A DNA stretch of 64,000 bases from Entomortierella parvispora E1425. Lineage: Eukaryota > Fungi > Mortierellomycota. The DNA lies in assembly GCA_020891255.1 (NCBI GenBank), contig BQFW01000011.1, forward strand, positions 930,001-994,000. Reading direction: 5' to 3'. The notes under the pieces are model-generated. The model saw nothing but the letters and a program-made list of their open reading frames with translations. It did no database searches and was not told the origin of the DNA. Below are positions 47,876-60,806 of this stretch, piece after piece. The position numbers and the translations under genes were made by a program. Each line of letters opens with the position of its first letter. Position 1 is the stretch's first letter.

Positions 47876-48349
47876 GGGGGTTGGCTGATCTTACCTGACG
47901 AGAGGAGCATAGCACACTTGGTCCCACGTGGCGAAGCTAGCCAACTCTTTTTTTCTTGCCACAGACTCAACTGATTCATTTCCTCCAAGCTGGTACATAC
48001 TGCTCCTTGCAGTCGGACAAGAATCAGCAAAGAGAAAAAAAGCTTTTCTGCCTTCAAAGAACGTGTCCTCCGCCAACGTTACACGGAAGATCACAACCAG
48101 GATCTTTCCTGCCCCTTTGGCAAAAAATGAGGTTTCTCGTCATATCCGCACTCCAAGTGGCAATAAAGAATGTGCCCCATTAGAAAGAATGAGCCCCTTT
48201 CCCCCTATCGCTTCCTAAATTCCTTCGCGTTGTCAATAAAAGTCTTTTGTTTCTTACAATTACATACATCTTTTCTTGTTTCTCTCTTGCTCCCTCCAAT
48301 CCCCTCACCCCTCCCTCACCCTTCCCTCCCCCATTATTGATCTTTTATA

Positions 48350-49470
48350 ATGGTTGTTTCATCATCACCTCTAGAGACAGGCCGCCAACTCTTGCGCCCT
48401 CGTTTTATTGTTGCTGTAGCCTTTGTTCTTTCACTCTCTTGGATCATGTTCGCGCATCATGAGGAATCTGGACTGCCTTCCTTCAGAATGCCTACTCGAC
48501 AAACGCGGAAGACTGTAGCGGAGAGCCTTGTCCTTCACGAGAAAATCTATCAAAAAAGTGTCAAAAGTCGAAACGAACGGTTGGTCGGCTTTCGCAAAGG
48601 CGAGAGGTAAATTACATTCCCGCCACTGCGAAATGTGCGATTAGAGAACCCAAGCATATTTAACCCCCTTCATCCCCGCTATGTCTCTTGCAGCTTTAAC
48701 GCGTGGGACGGTTGGATGCCATGGTGGTGGTACTTCCAGGCTGCCTTCACTTGCCCCCACGAAATCGAGCGGATCGGGTCTTACAGCGATGGCGGCAAAT
48801 GGGTTTGTGGATTCAGCAAGCTAGAGGAAGAGAATGAGGGCAGAAAGTGTGTTGTCTATTCTTTAGGAGTCTTTGGCGACAGTTCGTTCGAAACCGAAGT
48901 GACAGCACGAACAAACTGTGAAATCTGGGCCTATGATGCCTCTGTGAGCCAAATGGCAGGCGGTACGTGGATAGAGTCATGATTTACAGTCTTTACTGCC
49001 CTCCTTTGCAAAATGCCTAACAATTATCAAACGACCATCGTCCAACAGAGGCCGCAAACAATCCTCGGATCCATTTCAACAAGGTCTTCATTGGCGACCA
49101 AGACAAGGTCGATGAAAATGGCGCCGTCTGGAAGACTTTGAAGACGATCATGAAAGAAAACGGACATGAGTGGATCGACATTCTTAAGATGGACATTGAA
49201 ACGTCCGAGTATGCATCTCTTGATGCAATGATGAACGGCTTTGAAGTCCTGCCGTTCTCTCAAATCCAAATCGAACTCCATCTGGTTGACGACAAGAACC
49301 CCGAGTCATTTCGTAAATTTTTGGCATGGTTCGAAAGACTGGAGAAGTTCCATCTACGTCCGTTCTGGAACGAATTCAACCTTGTCGCACTCCTGGCTCA
49401 TAACCTCATGACTGTATGCGAGTTCAGTTTTATCAACCTCGCTGGGGATCACTACCTCCTCAGAGACTAA
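48350..49470 (+). CDS. Type II membrane SAM-dependent methyltransferase (Methyltransf_22/METTL24-like); 3 exons
   Basis: N-terminal TM helix FIVAVAFVLSLSWIMF; FTCPHEIERIG...DGGKWVCG; VVYSLGVFGDSSFE; CEIWAYD; IDILKMDIETSEY. Confidence 0.85.
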
Positions 49471-52124
49471 AGGGCACATCGAAATTGAAGAGTCGTAAAG
49501 AAATAAAGTACATGTACATATTACTGATAGTCATTGCCATCTTTCAGCATTTCGGTGGTCTCCACCTTCTCCTCGACTTGACTGATCTTTTGATGCCAAT
49601 AGCACCAAAAATTAACATCGCAAACAAAACTATAAAAAAATAAACCAGAGACAAGAAAGAGACATGGTTGCTCGGCAGGCTGTTTGTCTAAAGACGACGA
49701 TGACTGATATGTCCCAACATGAAAATGGATTCGTGGAAGAGCAAAAAGGGAGATGGCTGTTTTTGTCACGACTGAAGGAGAAATAGAACAGTGGAAGGAC
49801 GCCTTTGCACAGACCTCGCTCAAAACTGGACCGATGGACCTTTACTCAAAAATGAGAGATCAATTCCAGATTACCCCAGTGGAAAAGAAATTGTTCTTCG
49901 GGCTGTACTGTTTCCTGCTGTAGCCCCCGGTAAGTCAGCACCTGTAGTCGCCAAGAAGGAAGAGTATCGTCTTGATAGCTCCTCGGGGAAACAGTCTCTG
50001 CTGCTCTTTGGATATCTGGAAAGGAACAGCCTACCAACCTTTTGATCATGTCTTTTTTGCGATCCCACTCGCACTTGCAGCGGAAGAGCAAGATCTTCTC
50101 CGTTGTCCCCTCCCTCTCTTCCACAAAAAGGGCAATATCCCGCCCTGCAAAACGTTCCTCCGCATGGGAGGAATCTGTCGTCTTTGTTCGTGTCTTGGTA
50201 TCTGCTTACAGAGTTGACCTTCTGTGTCTACTTGTTCCACGTCTAAAAATCAACAATGAGCATCGGAGATGCACTTGCCAGCTTGCAAAACGGCACAACT
50301 TTCTCCCTACGCAGCGAGCTAGGAAATTCTTGTCTTTTGCATAGCGACCACATCCGTCAACAGGGTCAACAGGGTTGAGCTCTGCAGATGATTTTTTTCC
50401 ACCTTTTGAATGAAGTTTCTACTGTATAAGGGGGTCAAGGAACAATGAGGAAGAAAGTGTCTCCGAAAGCGCGCTTTCTTTTTTACGTTTCCCAAGGGTC
50501 CTAGGTTGTTCCTCCGTTCCACCCCTTGAAAAATCACCGCCACTCGAACTTTGGAGAGCGGCTCAATGATCGAAGACACGAAATACCAGTTTCGCGCAAT
50601 TTATTTGCGCCACATTTGGGTCTCATTCGATTTTCTTTTTTATCTTTCGGTCTTTCCCCTCTCCTTCTCTCCGAAAGCTTTTCCATATGGGAGTCTTTTT
50701 AGAAGCACAGCGACCCCTCTTCCCTTGCCTGCGGGAAGCAAGCGCGCTACAGCTCGGTTGGCGGTGACTGCTCTCGTTTGTCTGAGTGATTTTCTTGGCA
50801 TTTCATTTTTGCTTGGCAACAGACCCCGCCTCGGATGATTTTCTTGGCACTGCCAAGACTTCTTCCCTCTGCCCTGACCTTGCGCTCTTCCGGGACTACT
50901 TGTGTTGGATATTTCCAGGGTTTATTTTCTTTCCGGGCTGCTCACACACTTATCCCACGTTCCACAACCAATCCTGTGTGAGATTTCTTTTTTTATGTTT
51001 TTTTTTTTGTTCGAGTCTCTCATACCGCAACAGAGACATGGATAGCTCAGGAGAAAAGAGCGTCGATCCTCCAGCCAGTGCTAAAGTGCGCTTTTGGACA
51101 TCGAATTTTTTTTACGCCTTCCACCAACGCCACGCCAAGAGAATGCTCGGTGCCGCCAAGCAAAGAGCCAAGGAAGCCAAGAAAGCATCAATAAACAATA
51201 CCATGGCGGTTCTACTGTATCTACGATATCGAGTTCTACTCACTGCAATTGCTGTGCATTGCTCTCGATCCAAAATAAATGAGGTGAATAGAACAGGGGC
51301 GTGAGTAATGATAATACGACACAGTGGAGAACAGAGACAAACATGCCATGAGTGTGCCTGGTTGTAGTGGGAGCAATTGGGGTGACAGGAGAGAGGTGAA
51401 AGTTGATCCTGAGAATGCGGACGGACCTTAGAAGGATGTTGCTTAGAAAGAGCGGTGATGGCATGATCCTAGGGGCATGGTTTGGTTACAGGAGAGAGGG
51501 GAGGTTTAACGGAAGAGAACAGCCGGGGTTTGACCGGCAGGAGCAGTGCACACGCGTCCGTGGCCTGATGACAGAGAAGGGGCAAAAAAAAATAGGAACG
51601 ACAACCAAAAAACAAAAAAAAAAAAGACTGAATGAGACCGATTGAATGCAGAGTCCGTCGTACTATTTCCATTGCTGGAGGGCAATTGCGCGCGCAGATC
51701 AACAAAAAATACAGAGCAAACTGCAAAAGGCCAAGACATCGTACCGCCCGGAAGGACTTTGAAGCGTCGCAAAAAAGGAAGCGACATGAGATAACTGGAT
51801 AACGGAGAATTGTATAAAAGACAAGCCCATCATCCTCTCCTCCCCGGACTTTTAGTTGAACCCTCATTCTCTCTTTGGTTTTCTGCTTGACAATCAACAA
51901 CAACCCAAGTGAATCTTCCATTCACCTCTCACTCTCACTCATCCACTCCCTTCTCATACGCACACTCGCTCTCTCCTTCTTTCGGCACTCTGTCTCACGA
52001 TCGCTCCATTGGTCTCTGCCTACAACAAACATTTCTCAGATATACCCTTCCTGTTTGTGCTTGCTCCCTCGCCCTCTCTCTCCAGAACGATCAGATATCC
52101 TTTTTCGAAAAACTATATCCTCTC

Positions 52125-53912
52125 ATGCAAGTCTACAGAAACACGCCTTTCCCTCACCCTCCGGCTTCTTACAACATGTTTCTCTCTCACGAACAACGGC
52201 TCGAGCACCAATACAAGCACCAACAGCAACAACATCATCAATACTCTCAGCTGCCCTACAACCCATACCCCCATCAAAAGTATCCTCAGGAACCTCAATA
52301 TACCCTTCGCGACGAGGCTTTGGCTGCTCCAGAGTTCACCACCCCGAGCTCAACTATGAACACCAGGACAGGGACAACAACAGCAACAACGACGACCGAA
52401 CACCCTAGTGCTAGCACAGCCGATGCTCCCTCGTCAACTACAGCCCCTAGCAGCAGTGGTGGCACTGCTCCCACTCCAGAGATGTTCTTCGAGCTGGAGC
52501 GACTCTTGATGGGCATCACTCCTTTCCCTCCTTCTATCCCAACGATTGCAAAGCCTACTTGTCCGTCTATGGATGATCAAAGCATGGCTGAGCTCTCCTC
52601 ACCTTCGTCCTCGCCTTCTTCGACATCATCTTCAGTCCCCTCTTTGATTTTGAACGAGCAATCGATGGATGTCCTCAAGGAATTCTACCAGAACCAGCAG
52701 CACAATCGACCCAGTCGAATCAGCAAGCATTATCAGTCCAACACTTCATATCACCAGCACCAACAGCAGCAGCGCTCAGCAGCCGACAATTGCTCCACTG
52801 GTTCCATGACCCCGCCACACTCGCCCTACAGTTACGCCTCTTCATCCTCACCAACACTCCCCTTTGACAACTCGACCGATCTACCTTACTGGAGTCCCTC
52901 CACGCCAAACATGCAGGTCGAGCCTCATTGGAGCAATCACTCCAGCCCATTGATTCAGCAACAGCAATCACCGCCACAGCCACAGCCCTCGCACCCACAG
53001 CAACAACAACAGCCTGGTACATCTTGGGGTTCACTCTTTGACCCCCTGAACAGCATGTCCGATCTTGGTCGCTATATCGCCCCTGCGGACAGTCAATTCT
53101 CTCAAGAACAGCCCTCGCACCGGTCCTCGTCCGCGTCCTTGCAGCATCAGACCGCCAAGCCTTCGGCTTATTCTTACTACAGTTCGACATCCCCGCTGCC
53201 TTCGGCAAAGACGATGGCGTCATCTTTGGCGGCCAAGAGAGCTGCTAGAACTCATCAGCGAAACCTGAACTTGCCTGGAGGTGTTCGAGAGTACGAGTCC
53301 AACGCTCGAGAACATCATTCGTATATGTACTATTCTCAGCCATCAGCTCATCAACACCATCCACGGTCCATGACCACCCAGTCTACCTCTGCTCCCTCGT
53401 CGTCGTCCTCTCAATCCACCTCGGGTAGTCAACAACCCTCTTCCTATCGGTCTGACAACAACCATTCCAATTGGACAAGTGGTTCCAGCTCTGGCAGTGG
53501 TGGCAACAGCGGTCGTACTGCCTCTAACGGTGGGAGCAGCAGCAGTAGTAGCAGCAGCAGTGGCAACGGCAATAACAACAACAACAACAACAATTCGCGT
53601 GTCAAATCCTACCCCTGCCCGACCTGCACCAAACCTTTCCCAACCCGGACACAACTTAAATCTCATATGGCGATTCATGTAGATCACTTTCCTTTCCCTT
53701 GCCTCTATTCTGGTTGTGATCTTCACTTCAAGCGGAAACACGATTTGAGACGCCATGTCGACGCCAAACATGCACTGATCAAAAAATATCTTTGCTCAGG
53801 AGGTTGTGGCGAGGGCTTTGGTCGTCGGGACCAGATGATGCGCCATCTGCGAAGGGGCACTTGTGGTCACAGCTTTAGTCAAGTCCAGACAACAACAACC
53901 AACAGCATGTAG
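52125..53912 (+). CDS. C2H2 zinc-finger transcription factor with a long Q/S/P-rich N-terminus; intronless; start codon uncertain
   Basis: YPCPTCTKPFPTRTQLKSHMAIH, FPCLYSGCDLHFKRKHDLRRHVDAKH, YLCSGGCGEGFGRRDQMMRHLRRGTC. Confidence 0.88.
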   Translation: MQVYRNTPFPHPPASYNMFLSHEQRLEHQYKHQQQQHHQYSQLPYNPYPHQKYPQEPQYTLRDEALAAPEFTTPSSTMNTRTGTTTATTTTEHPSASTADAPSSTTAPSSSGGTAPTPEMFFELERLLMGITPFPPSIPTIAKPTCPSMDDQSMAELSSPSSSPSSTSSSVPSLILNEQSMDVLKEFYQNQQHNRPSRISKHYQSNTSYHQHQQQQRSAADNCSTGSMTPPHSPYSYASSSSPTLPFDNSTDLPYWSPSTPNMQVEPHWSNHSSPLIQQQQSPPQPQPSHPQQQQQPGTSWGSLFDPLNSMSDLGRYIAPADSQFSQEQPSHRSSSASLQHQTAKPSAYSYYSSTSPLPSAKTMASSLAAKRAARTHQRNLNLPGGVREYESNAREHHSYMYYSQPSAHQHHPRSMTTQSTSAPSSSSSQSTSGSQQPSSYRSDNNHSNWTSGSSSGSGGNSGRTASNGGSSSSSSSSSGNGNNNNNNNNSRVKSYPCPTCTKPFPTRTQLKSHMAIHVDHFPFPCLYSGCDLHFKRKHDLRRHVDAKHALIKKYLCSGGCGEGFGRRDQMMRHLRRGTCGHSFSQVQTTTTNSM

Positions 53913-54069
53913 TTGGCTTTTTGAAAATAAAACTCTGGAAAAAAAAAAAACTTGCAAAAAACAAAGGATTTCACTCTTTTTTTTAAAAAAAGTATTATTG
54001 TTATTGAGGAGGCTCCTTTCTGCACTGACTTTCGAGAGAAGGAGATCACGTTCCTAAAGTCCAGGATAC

Positions 54070-56248
54070 TTAGACACGACGGCCATTCGGATTAATCTTG
54101 TTAGGGATCTTGAGCATCTCACAAAATGCCTCTGTTTGAGGGTTCAAGAATGGGAGAACTATTTGGGAGAAAAAATGCGTAGTGGTTAGAACCTTTGATT
54201 TTTTTTTTCCTACCTCCCACTCATGAACGCAAAATCAGCAAACCCGGCAGTGCTCCACTTACGGAGGGTTTCTTTCTCTTTAGAGCTCAAAGTATGGACT
54301 GGATCATGTGCAGGCGCCGTCTTTTGAAAATTCATGGGGATGTCCAGACCTTGCTTCAATGTCACATTGTTCCTGACCCACTCTCGGTTGACTTTGAGGG
54401 CACTATGTTGTCGAGCAGAAAAAAGTCAGCTCACTGCAGATATTGATTGTCCTCCTTGAATTCTTCCAAAAAGCAAGAAACCTACTGCTCCAAGGCAGGG
54501 CCTTCCATGGGAGGGGTTTGCCTATAGCCGACCGTCAGGAACGAATCCAAGGTGCGAACAATCGAAAGCCATTCCTCGTCATATTTGAACTCCACAGGTC
54601 CAGAAAACTCTGGTAGGTCAATGATTTCAAGGAATTGGCGGTGAGGTTGACACTTGTCTAAAGCAAGAAATTGAGTACTCTTCGGGTGGGGTTTCACGCT
54701 CGACTTTGCTTCTATCGTCGATGTTCCTGAAGCCTGATGCTGAATCAGTGACGAAGCTTGACCAGGAAGTGAAGATGATGATGACGATACGCCCTGAGTG
54801 GAGGCAGCTGTTGTATCACTCTTGCCCCTGTCCTCCTCGTCCATATCCTCATCCTCGAAAGAAACATCAATTTCGTCTGGATTCTTGGCCGGCAGTGGAG
54901 CTGATGTCCCTGCTGTTCCCGGTACATCCTTGCCAGCTGGGGCAGTTTCATCGTCGTCTTCATCGTCATCAAAAGCAATATCAATTTCGTCAGGATTCTT
55001 TGTCACCACCAAAGTTTCCACCTTTCCAATTATTGTCGCATCCCCTGCTTCCCCATCTCCACCATCGTCATCCTCAAAGTCAATCTTAATCTCATCAGGA
55101 TTCTCCACAGCCACGGGAGTCTGAACTGACACAGCATTGGCAGTTGATCCTGAACCTTGTGCAGTCTCTGGAGATCCCCACCGAACTTCAGCCGTAAATC
55201 GAACGTGTAAATGGGCCGAGAACCAACGAGCAGGTTTCATGGACACCATCACATGCTCAAAGGCCAGACTTCCCAATGAGTTTGACTGAATCTATGGACA
55301 AAGATCAATTATCATTCGGGTCAGCTACCGTCAGCCCAATGATGCTAACATAGAGATATTTCCGTTGATCCTCTTTTTTTTTCTTACCTCCTTTTCAAAA
55401 AACCTCTTCTTACTGATCAAGGCTCTTGTATTACCGTATTGTTCAATACCAAGGGGCCAGTCGTGGGAGAGAAAGACATCTACCGGCTCCTTGACCTGCA
55501 ACATCTTGTAGACATCGAATTTCCGAATGTGATAGGCCGACTTTTTGGACTTATCGCTATAGGGGGAGACTTCATGGTGTCCTAGCTCATAGTCAAAGCT
55601 CTTGTAGATTCCAGACATGCCTCCAATCCGCATCCCACCCACGTTGATTACGCCTCCATAACCTAGAAAGTAGATTCCCGGGCATGCCCAACCTCCATGG
55701 TATCTAAACAAAGAGTTGCAAAAAGCTGTCCGCATTAGTAACAAATAGCCTGCCATCCTGTATCCTGGACACACAATCGCTTTCAACCGACGCTTACAGC
55801 TCCCACAGGTGATTCATGGCCTCGTGGTTTCCTCCGATAAATATGGTGGGCACTGGAACTTGACATTCTCCCGAGTAATACTTGTGAAAAGTTCCCAAGT
55901 TCAGATACTTCCTTGGACATGAGATCGCCTCTAGATCAGCTTCGTTCCTAATAGACTGAAAGGGATAACAGGTTCAATCGGATGTACTCTTTTCTTTCCT
56001 CCCTCTCTCTCCAGTGGCACATGAAAGGCGAATTTATCTCCCCTAGACTACACTCTTTTACCTGAAAATCACCACAGATCAACAATAAGTCGACTTTGTA
56101 TCCATGCTGCTGTTCACGTTGCGCAATGGCACCGTAAATGGCATCAAGTTCTCCATGACAACATCCTTCAATAGCAATCTAATTAATGAGTAATCAAGAG
56201 CATGAGAACCATGGACAACGGTACGTCTGGGCACTCTTGTAGCGTCAT
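54070..56248 (-). CDS. DBR1: RNA lariat debranching enzyme; multi-exon
   Basis: [78 protein letters not shown]. Confidence 0.95.
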
Positions 56249-56426
56249 GTCGTTACCCTCATGACTGTACAGAGCTTTGTTCTCGTCGGTCGAAATGGAT
56301 GAAAGGCTGAAGGGAGGAATGTAAAGAGATTAGTCGCAGTCGCGCGTCGACAACGCGAGCCTTTAGAAGTGGCTTTGAAAAATATTACATGGAATTTTTA
56401 TTTTGTCTATGATCGATCAAGTTGCA

Positions 56427-59400
56427 TTATCCACCTCTCTTGAACTCAAAGAGTGGGCGGAGGGACTGCAATGGCCCCGCTTTCCTCAAGAACTCGTGCT
56501 AAAAAAACAAAGGAAAAGAGTGGGTATAAGTGACTTGGTTCACAATCATCTAGAAGTATTGTTCTTTCACAAAGAGATTTCGGATTTTACCTCCAACAGC
56601 TCCAAAGAGGTGGCACGACTCTTGACATCGACACAGAGACAGACCGCCAAAAAGTTCTTAAGTTCTGAACTGAGAGTCTCGGGTTTCTTGAGGGTAGGCG
56701 TACCGTTGGTGGCGATCAAGTATAAGGCCTTGAGTGGCTCTTCATCCAGGTATGGAGGCTCCTGTTCAATCATCTCAATGGCCATGATACCAAGAGACCA
56801 AATATCAACCTTGGCGCCATACTCCTTTTGCTTGACAACTTCAGGCGCCATCCAGTATGGGGTTCCGACCATAGTGGCGCGCTTGTTCTTTTGGTCTGTC
56901 AATTTTGCGCAGAATCCGAAGTCAGCTGTGGAAGAGAAGTCGTCATTAAAGGTGGGTTAGCTAATGATGATCCCTTTTTCGAATGGTCCGCTTCTCACCC
57001 CTTGCAATGAGAATTGTCCTGATATCACTTACTAATCTTGACATGACCATAGGAGTCCATAAGAACATTATCAGACTTGATATCTCTGTGGATAATGTTC
57101 TGGCTGTGTAAATGCTGGAGACCCTTGCATGTCTATCAAAGTGAGTGAAAAGACTGTTGTGTTAGCTATTATAACAAATTGGCCAAAGTTTTATCTTCAA
57201 CCTCGCTCTTTCGCGCATACCTCCAAGCAAATGCATGCGATCTGGCTCTCTGACAGCTTGTTGTTATCAATGACATCTGTCAAAGCGCCACCTTCCATGT
57301 ACTCCATGACAACCCAAAGCTCCTGGCCCTTGACCAAGAACGAGTCGAGATAGTTGACGATATTGGGGTTCGTCGACTCCTTCATGACCAAGATCTCGTT
57401 AACGACCAGTTCCTTTCGTGGCTGCATGGACAGATCCATCTGCTTAATGGCAACCTTGGTGTTGGTGGTGAGATGCTTGGCCACATATACCGATCCAGAA
57501 GCACTAAGCATCGACAGAGGAAACATATAAGTACATTCGATCCAAGGTGACAAGTATTGGCCATTTTGTAAAATTCACGTACCCTTGTCCCACTTTCTTG
57601 ATCTTGCTATACAGTGTGCTTGGGTCACCAGATGACACCACGCTTCTCAGCTTCTCCATGACCTGCGCCTCCGTCATAGTCGAAATACGACGCTCCACAA
57701 CAACCTTGGGCGCGCTCAAAGCTGCTGCAGCATCAGCCACCGCGGGTCGGACGGCAACAGGAGGTCGAACAGCAATTGGTGCAGTGCTGCTGGAAGGAGC
57801 ACCAAAAGGAGCAGCCGGACGTGTTCCCAAGGGTGATGCAGAAGGAGTTGGCGGCTGTGGAGGAGGAGCATTGTAGTTGGATGGAGAGGTGGAGAACTGT
57901 TGGTTGGGCGTACGAGGAGACTATATGAGAGAGAGTCAGAGAGCAAATTGCCGTATAAATAGGAGCAACAGTTAATATCGGAGAAGTCAAAGACACCATA
58001 AAGCCCTCAAGTGCCAGTGCTCATCACAACTTACGGTAGGAGATGGAGGGGCGTAATCTGGACGAAGGGTATTAGGAGGTCTTGGAGACATAATGGGTCT
58101 TGCGCCAGCCTGCTGATTGCCCTAATGAGCAATACGTATGGTGATGGTATTAGAACTGTGCGATATCTGATGGCATCATGCCACGGCGAGGAAAGCGCAT
58201 TTACCCTATCATCATAGAGGTTGAGACTGGACATGCGTTGCGTAACCTGCACATTGTCGACACTCTGCGAACGTTCTGGGATCGAGGGTCGCAGCTGATC
58301 TTCTGGTCGATCTGGTCTATCGGGTCTCTGTGGGCGCTCAGGGCGATTGCTGGAGGGGGGGGAGGGGGGTTGTCTGGGCATGAGATTAGCCCAGCGATCG
58401 CCCTCGCTATCACTTGGAATAAGGGGAAGGCTGAGAGGGACTAGAGTAGCTGTGCCGTATTCCTCCTCATTGCGTTTTGTCTGATCGGTGTAGAACTCAA
58501 GAACCTCCAGAACAGCCTGAGGGTTGTTGGCATAGTCTTCCTTTGTAATGGCTGATCCAGTGAGCAGCTTGGTCCACGTCTCAGGGAGTCCCTAAAGACA
58601 ATACCAGATCAATTAGGAGATGAAGAGATGTATGATGATTAAGTAACAATGACGGCAGCTCGAGCGGACTGATCCAGGAGAGTAGCGGAGCCACTTACAG
58701 TGAAATTGCCAGTATTGGGGTCGAAGCCAACATGGACCTTGTGAACAAAGTTGGTGGGGTTGGAGACACCCATGAGCGGGGATCGGGAGTAGATCTCGTG
58801 CATCCAAGAGTAGAGCTCTTCGTCGTTCTTGCACGAAAGGAAGTAGCTTCGGTCCTTTGTAACAAGCTCGAAGCAGTATGCCTTCAGATCGGTGCGTGTC
58901 ACGGCCGTGATGTCTTTGAGGAAGATCAGGACAACGGCCTGGGGCGTGGACTGGCACCGCACAGCGCATATGTTCATACAATTAAGGAGAAAGAGCGAGG
59001 GAGAGAAGGCAAGAAAGAGAAACAACAGAGTGTCGTCTATAGTTAGCGTCGTATGCCTCGTTTTCCTGTCAAGTAGACACAAAGGGAGCGGGGTGGCTCA
59101 TGGTGGTGGTGGTGGTGTTGATGGTGAGGATGCATGCACAGAGCAAGAAACAGACCAAGAGAAGGATGGCATGTCCGAAGTGCAGATCTGAAACCCGGTC
59201 GAGACACGTCCGCCATTAAACCCCACTCTCTCCCTCTTTCTCTCATTCTCGTTGTTGTTCCTTCTCCTGTTCAGTCCTACGTCTCTCTGTCCAGCTCTAT
59301 CGCTCCTTCCCACACCATATGCTGGGTCTGTTGGCTCGCATGCTCATGGCATGAGCGGAGTCGGGCGTGGGATGGAGCAGAGTGAATAGAGCAGAGCAAA

Positions 59401-59940
59401 GCGAAAAAGAGCAGCAACACCCCGACGACGGGCTGTCGAGCGGGACAGAGCCTCTTTCTGCTGGACTGATCCACCTGTCAACTTTGCATGATGATGAGAC
59501 CTTGCCGGGATGCCCATGCGCCTGTGTTGTCTGTTGCATCCCGCTGCCTTTTGCTTCTGTGTCCTGCCCTGGATGCTCCCCCCTTTGCCATTGCGCGCGC
59601 TCACTCTTTTTACTCATATGCGCCAAGAAAGAAGACCCCAGGCCGTAATATATCATCCAAAACAGAAATCTATTCCAAGGAACGGGGACAGACCAAGCAA
59701 ATAAAAAAGTGACTGAAATAAGAAAAAGCGACTCACCTCGTTCCTGTGGAAGCTCAGGGTCAGTTCCCGCAGAGTCATGTATCGCTTGGTCCAGAGAAAG
59801 GCCTTGAGGCCCTCCTCTTTGACCGAGATGTAGCCGTGCTTCAGGACCCCAGAGACGTTGCCCGAGTTCTGATCCCGAGCTGACTGGATAGGCGTCAGGT
59901 CCTTGTATCTAGCCAACGGGTTCGAGTGGTCTTCGGCCAT
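56427..59940 (-). CDS. CLA4: PH-CRIB PAK kinase (Cla4/Shk2 type); multi-exon
   Basis: PH domain ([21 protein letters not shown]...), [21 protein letters not shown], kinase [40 protein letters not shown]. Confidence 0.95.
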
Positions 59941-60149
59941 GATTCAATTGTACGAGCGAGGAAAAGGAAAGGGGTTCTGCGGTGTGTCAGTCAGAAAAGA
60001 GAATAGGAAGAGAGAAAGAGAGAGAGAAAGAGAAAAGGATGGAAAAGGGTGGGGAGACAAAAAGGCGATGGTCGATGGAACGAGATGAACAATAAAAAGG
60101 AGAAAGAGCTTTTTTCAACGGCCAAAACTTCCAGAATTAGCAAGACACG

Positions 60150-60325
60150 ATGTCGAGTCTGTGTAGAAGTAGGACAGAACAATAGCCGCGGGAGATGACG
60201 TGAAGAGGAAAGGAAGGAGGGAGGGGCGGTGAAGAAGGAAAGGAAGGAAGGAGGGAAACAACGAATTGAACAAGACACGACAGGGCAGGGCAGGACAGGA
60301 CAGGACAGGACAGGACAGGACGTGC
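60150..60325. repeat. Purine-rich microsatellites (GGAA)n and (GACAG)n in the CLA4/ING divergent intergenic region
   Basis: Read directly at ~60205-60255 and ~60275-60320. Confidence 0.8.
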
Positions 60326-60806
60326 CCGCAAAGTGGCCTCGTCCTCGGTTGGTTCTTGTTGAAAGTCAAAAATTGAAAATTGGCCATCATGCAGCACGTT
60401 CTTGCCGCTCTCCTTCAGCTACAGTATGTACTGTATGTATCGCCGTCTTGCTCCTTATGGCACCGCACCATGGCCTTGTACAGCACCGGTACATGGAGTC
60501 TGGACTCTGCAATCTTCACTCTCCAGAGCCATAGGCTCGGTGTTCCAGGAAACTCCAGGCACACTGGTGAAGGAAGAGAACCCTGATCAATCCAATCAAA
60601 CGGCGACCTCTAATTGACCACCCCATGTAATTGAAAGTATGATCACGTGTATAAATTCTGGCTCTTTTTGTGTTGCCCTTCCACACTTTGCATGCAACAT
60701 TCATTCAGCTCCCTCTCCATCTAGCCCCCTTTCAAGAAGCACGGACCACCCTCGTTGATAACTGCAGCAACAACAAACCAGGCAGTCGCGAGCAACCACA
60801 GTAGCC

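Noticed and set aside
50786-51921. 172-aa and 150-aa ORFs upstream of the C2H2 gene
   Set aside because: No recognisable family or supporting splice structure, and they include A/T-tract-derived segments.
58953-59737. Unusually long (~785 bp) first intron of CLA4 as a possible ncRNA host
   Set aside because: I could not identify snoRNA boxes or a convincing hairpin by eye; long first introns are common.
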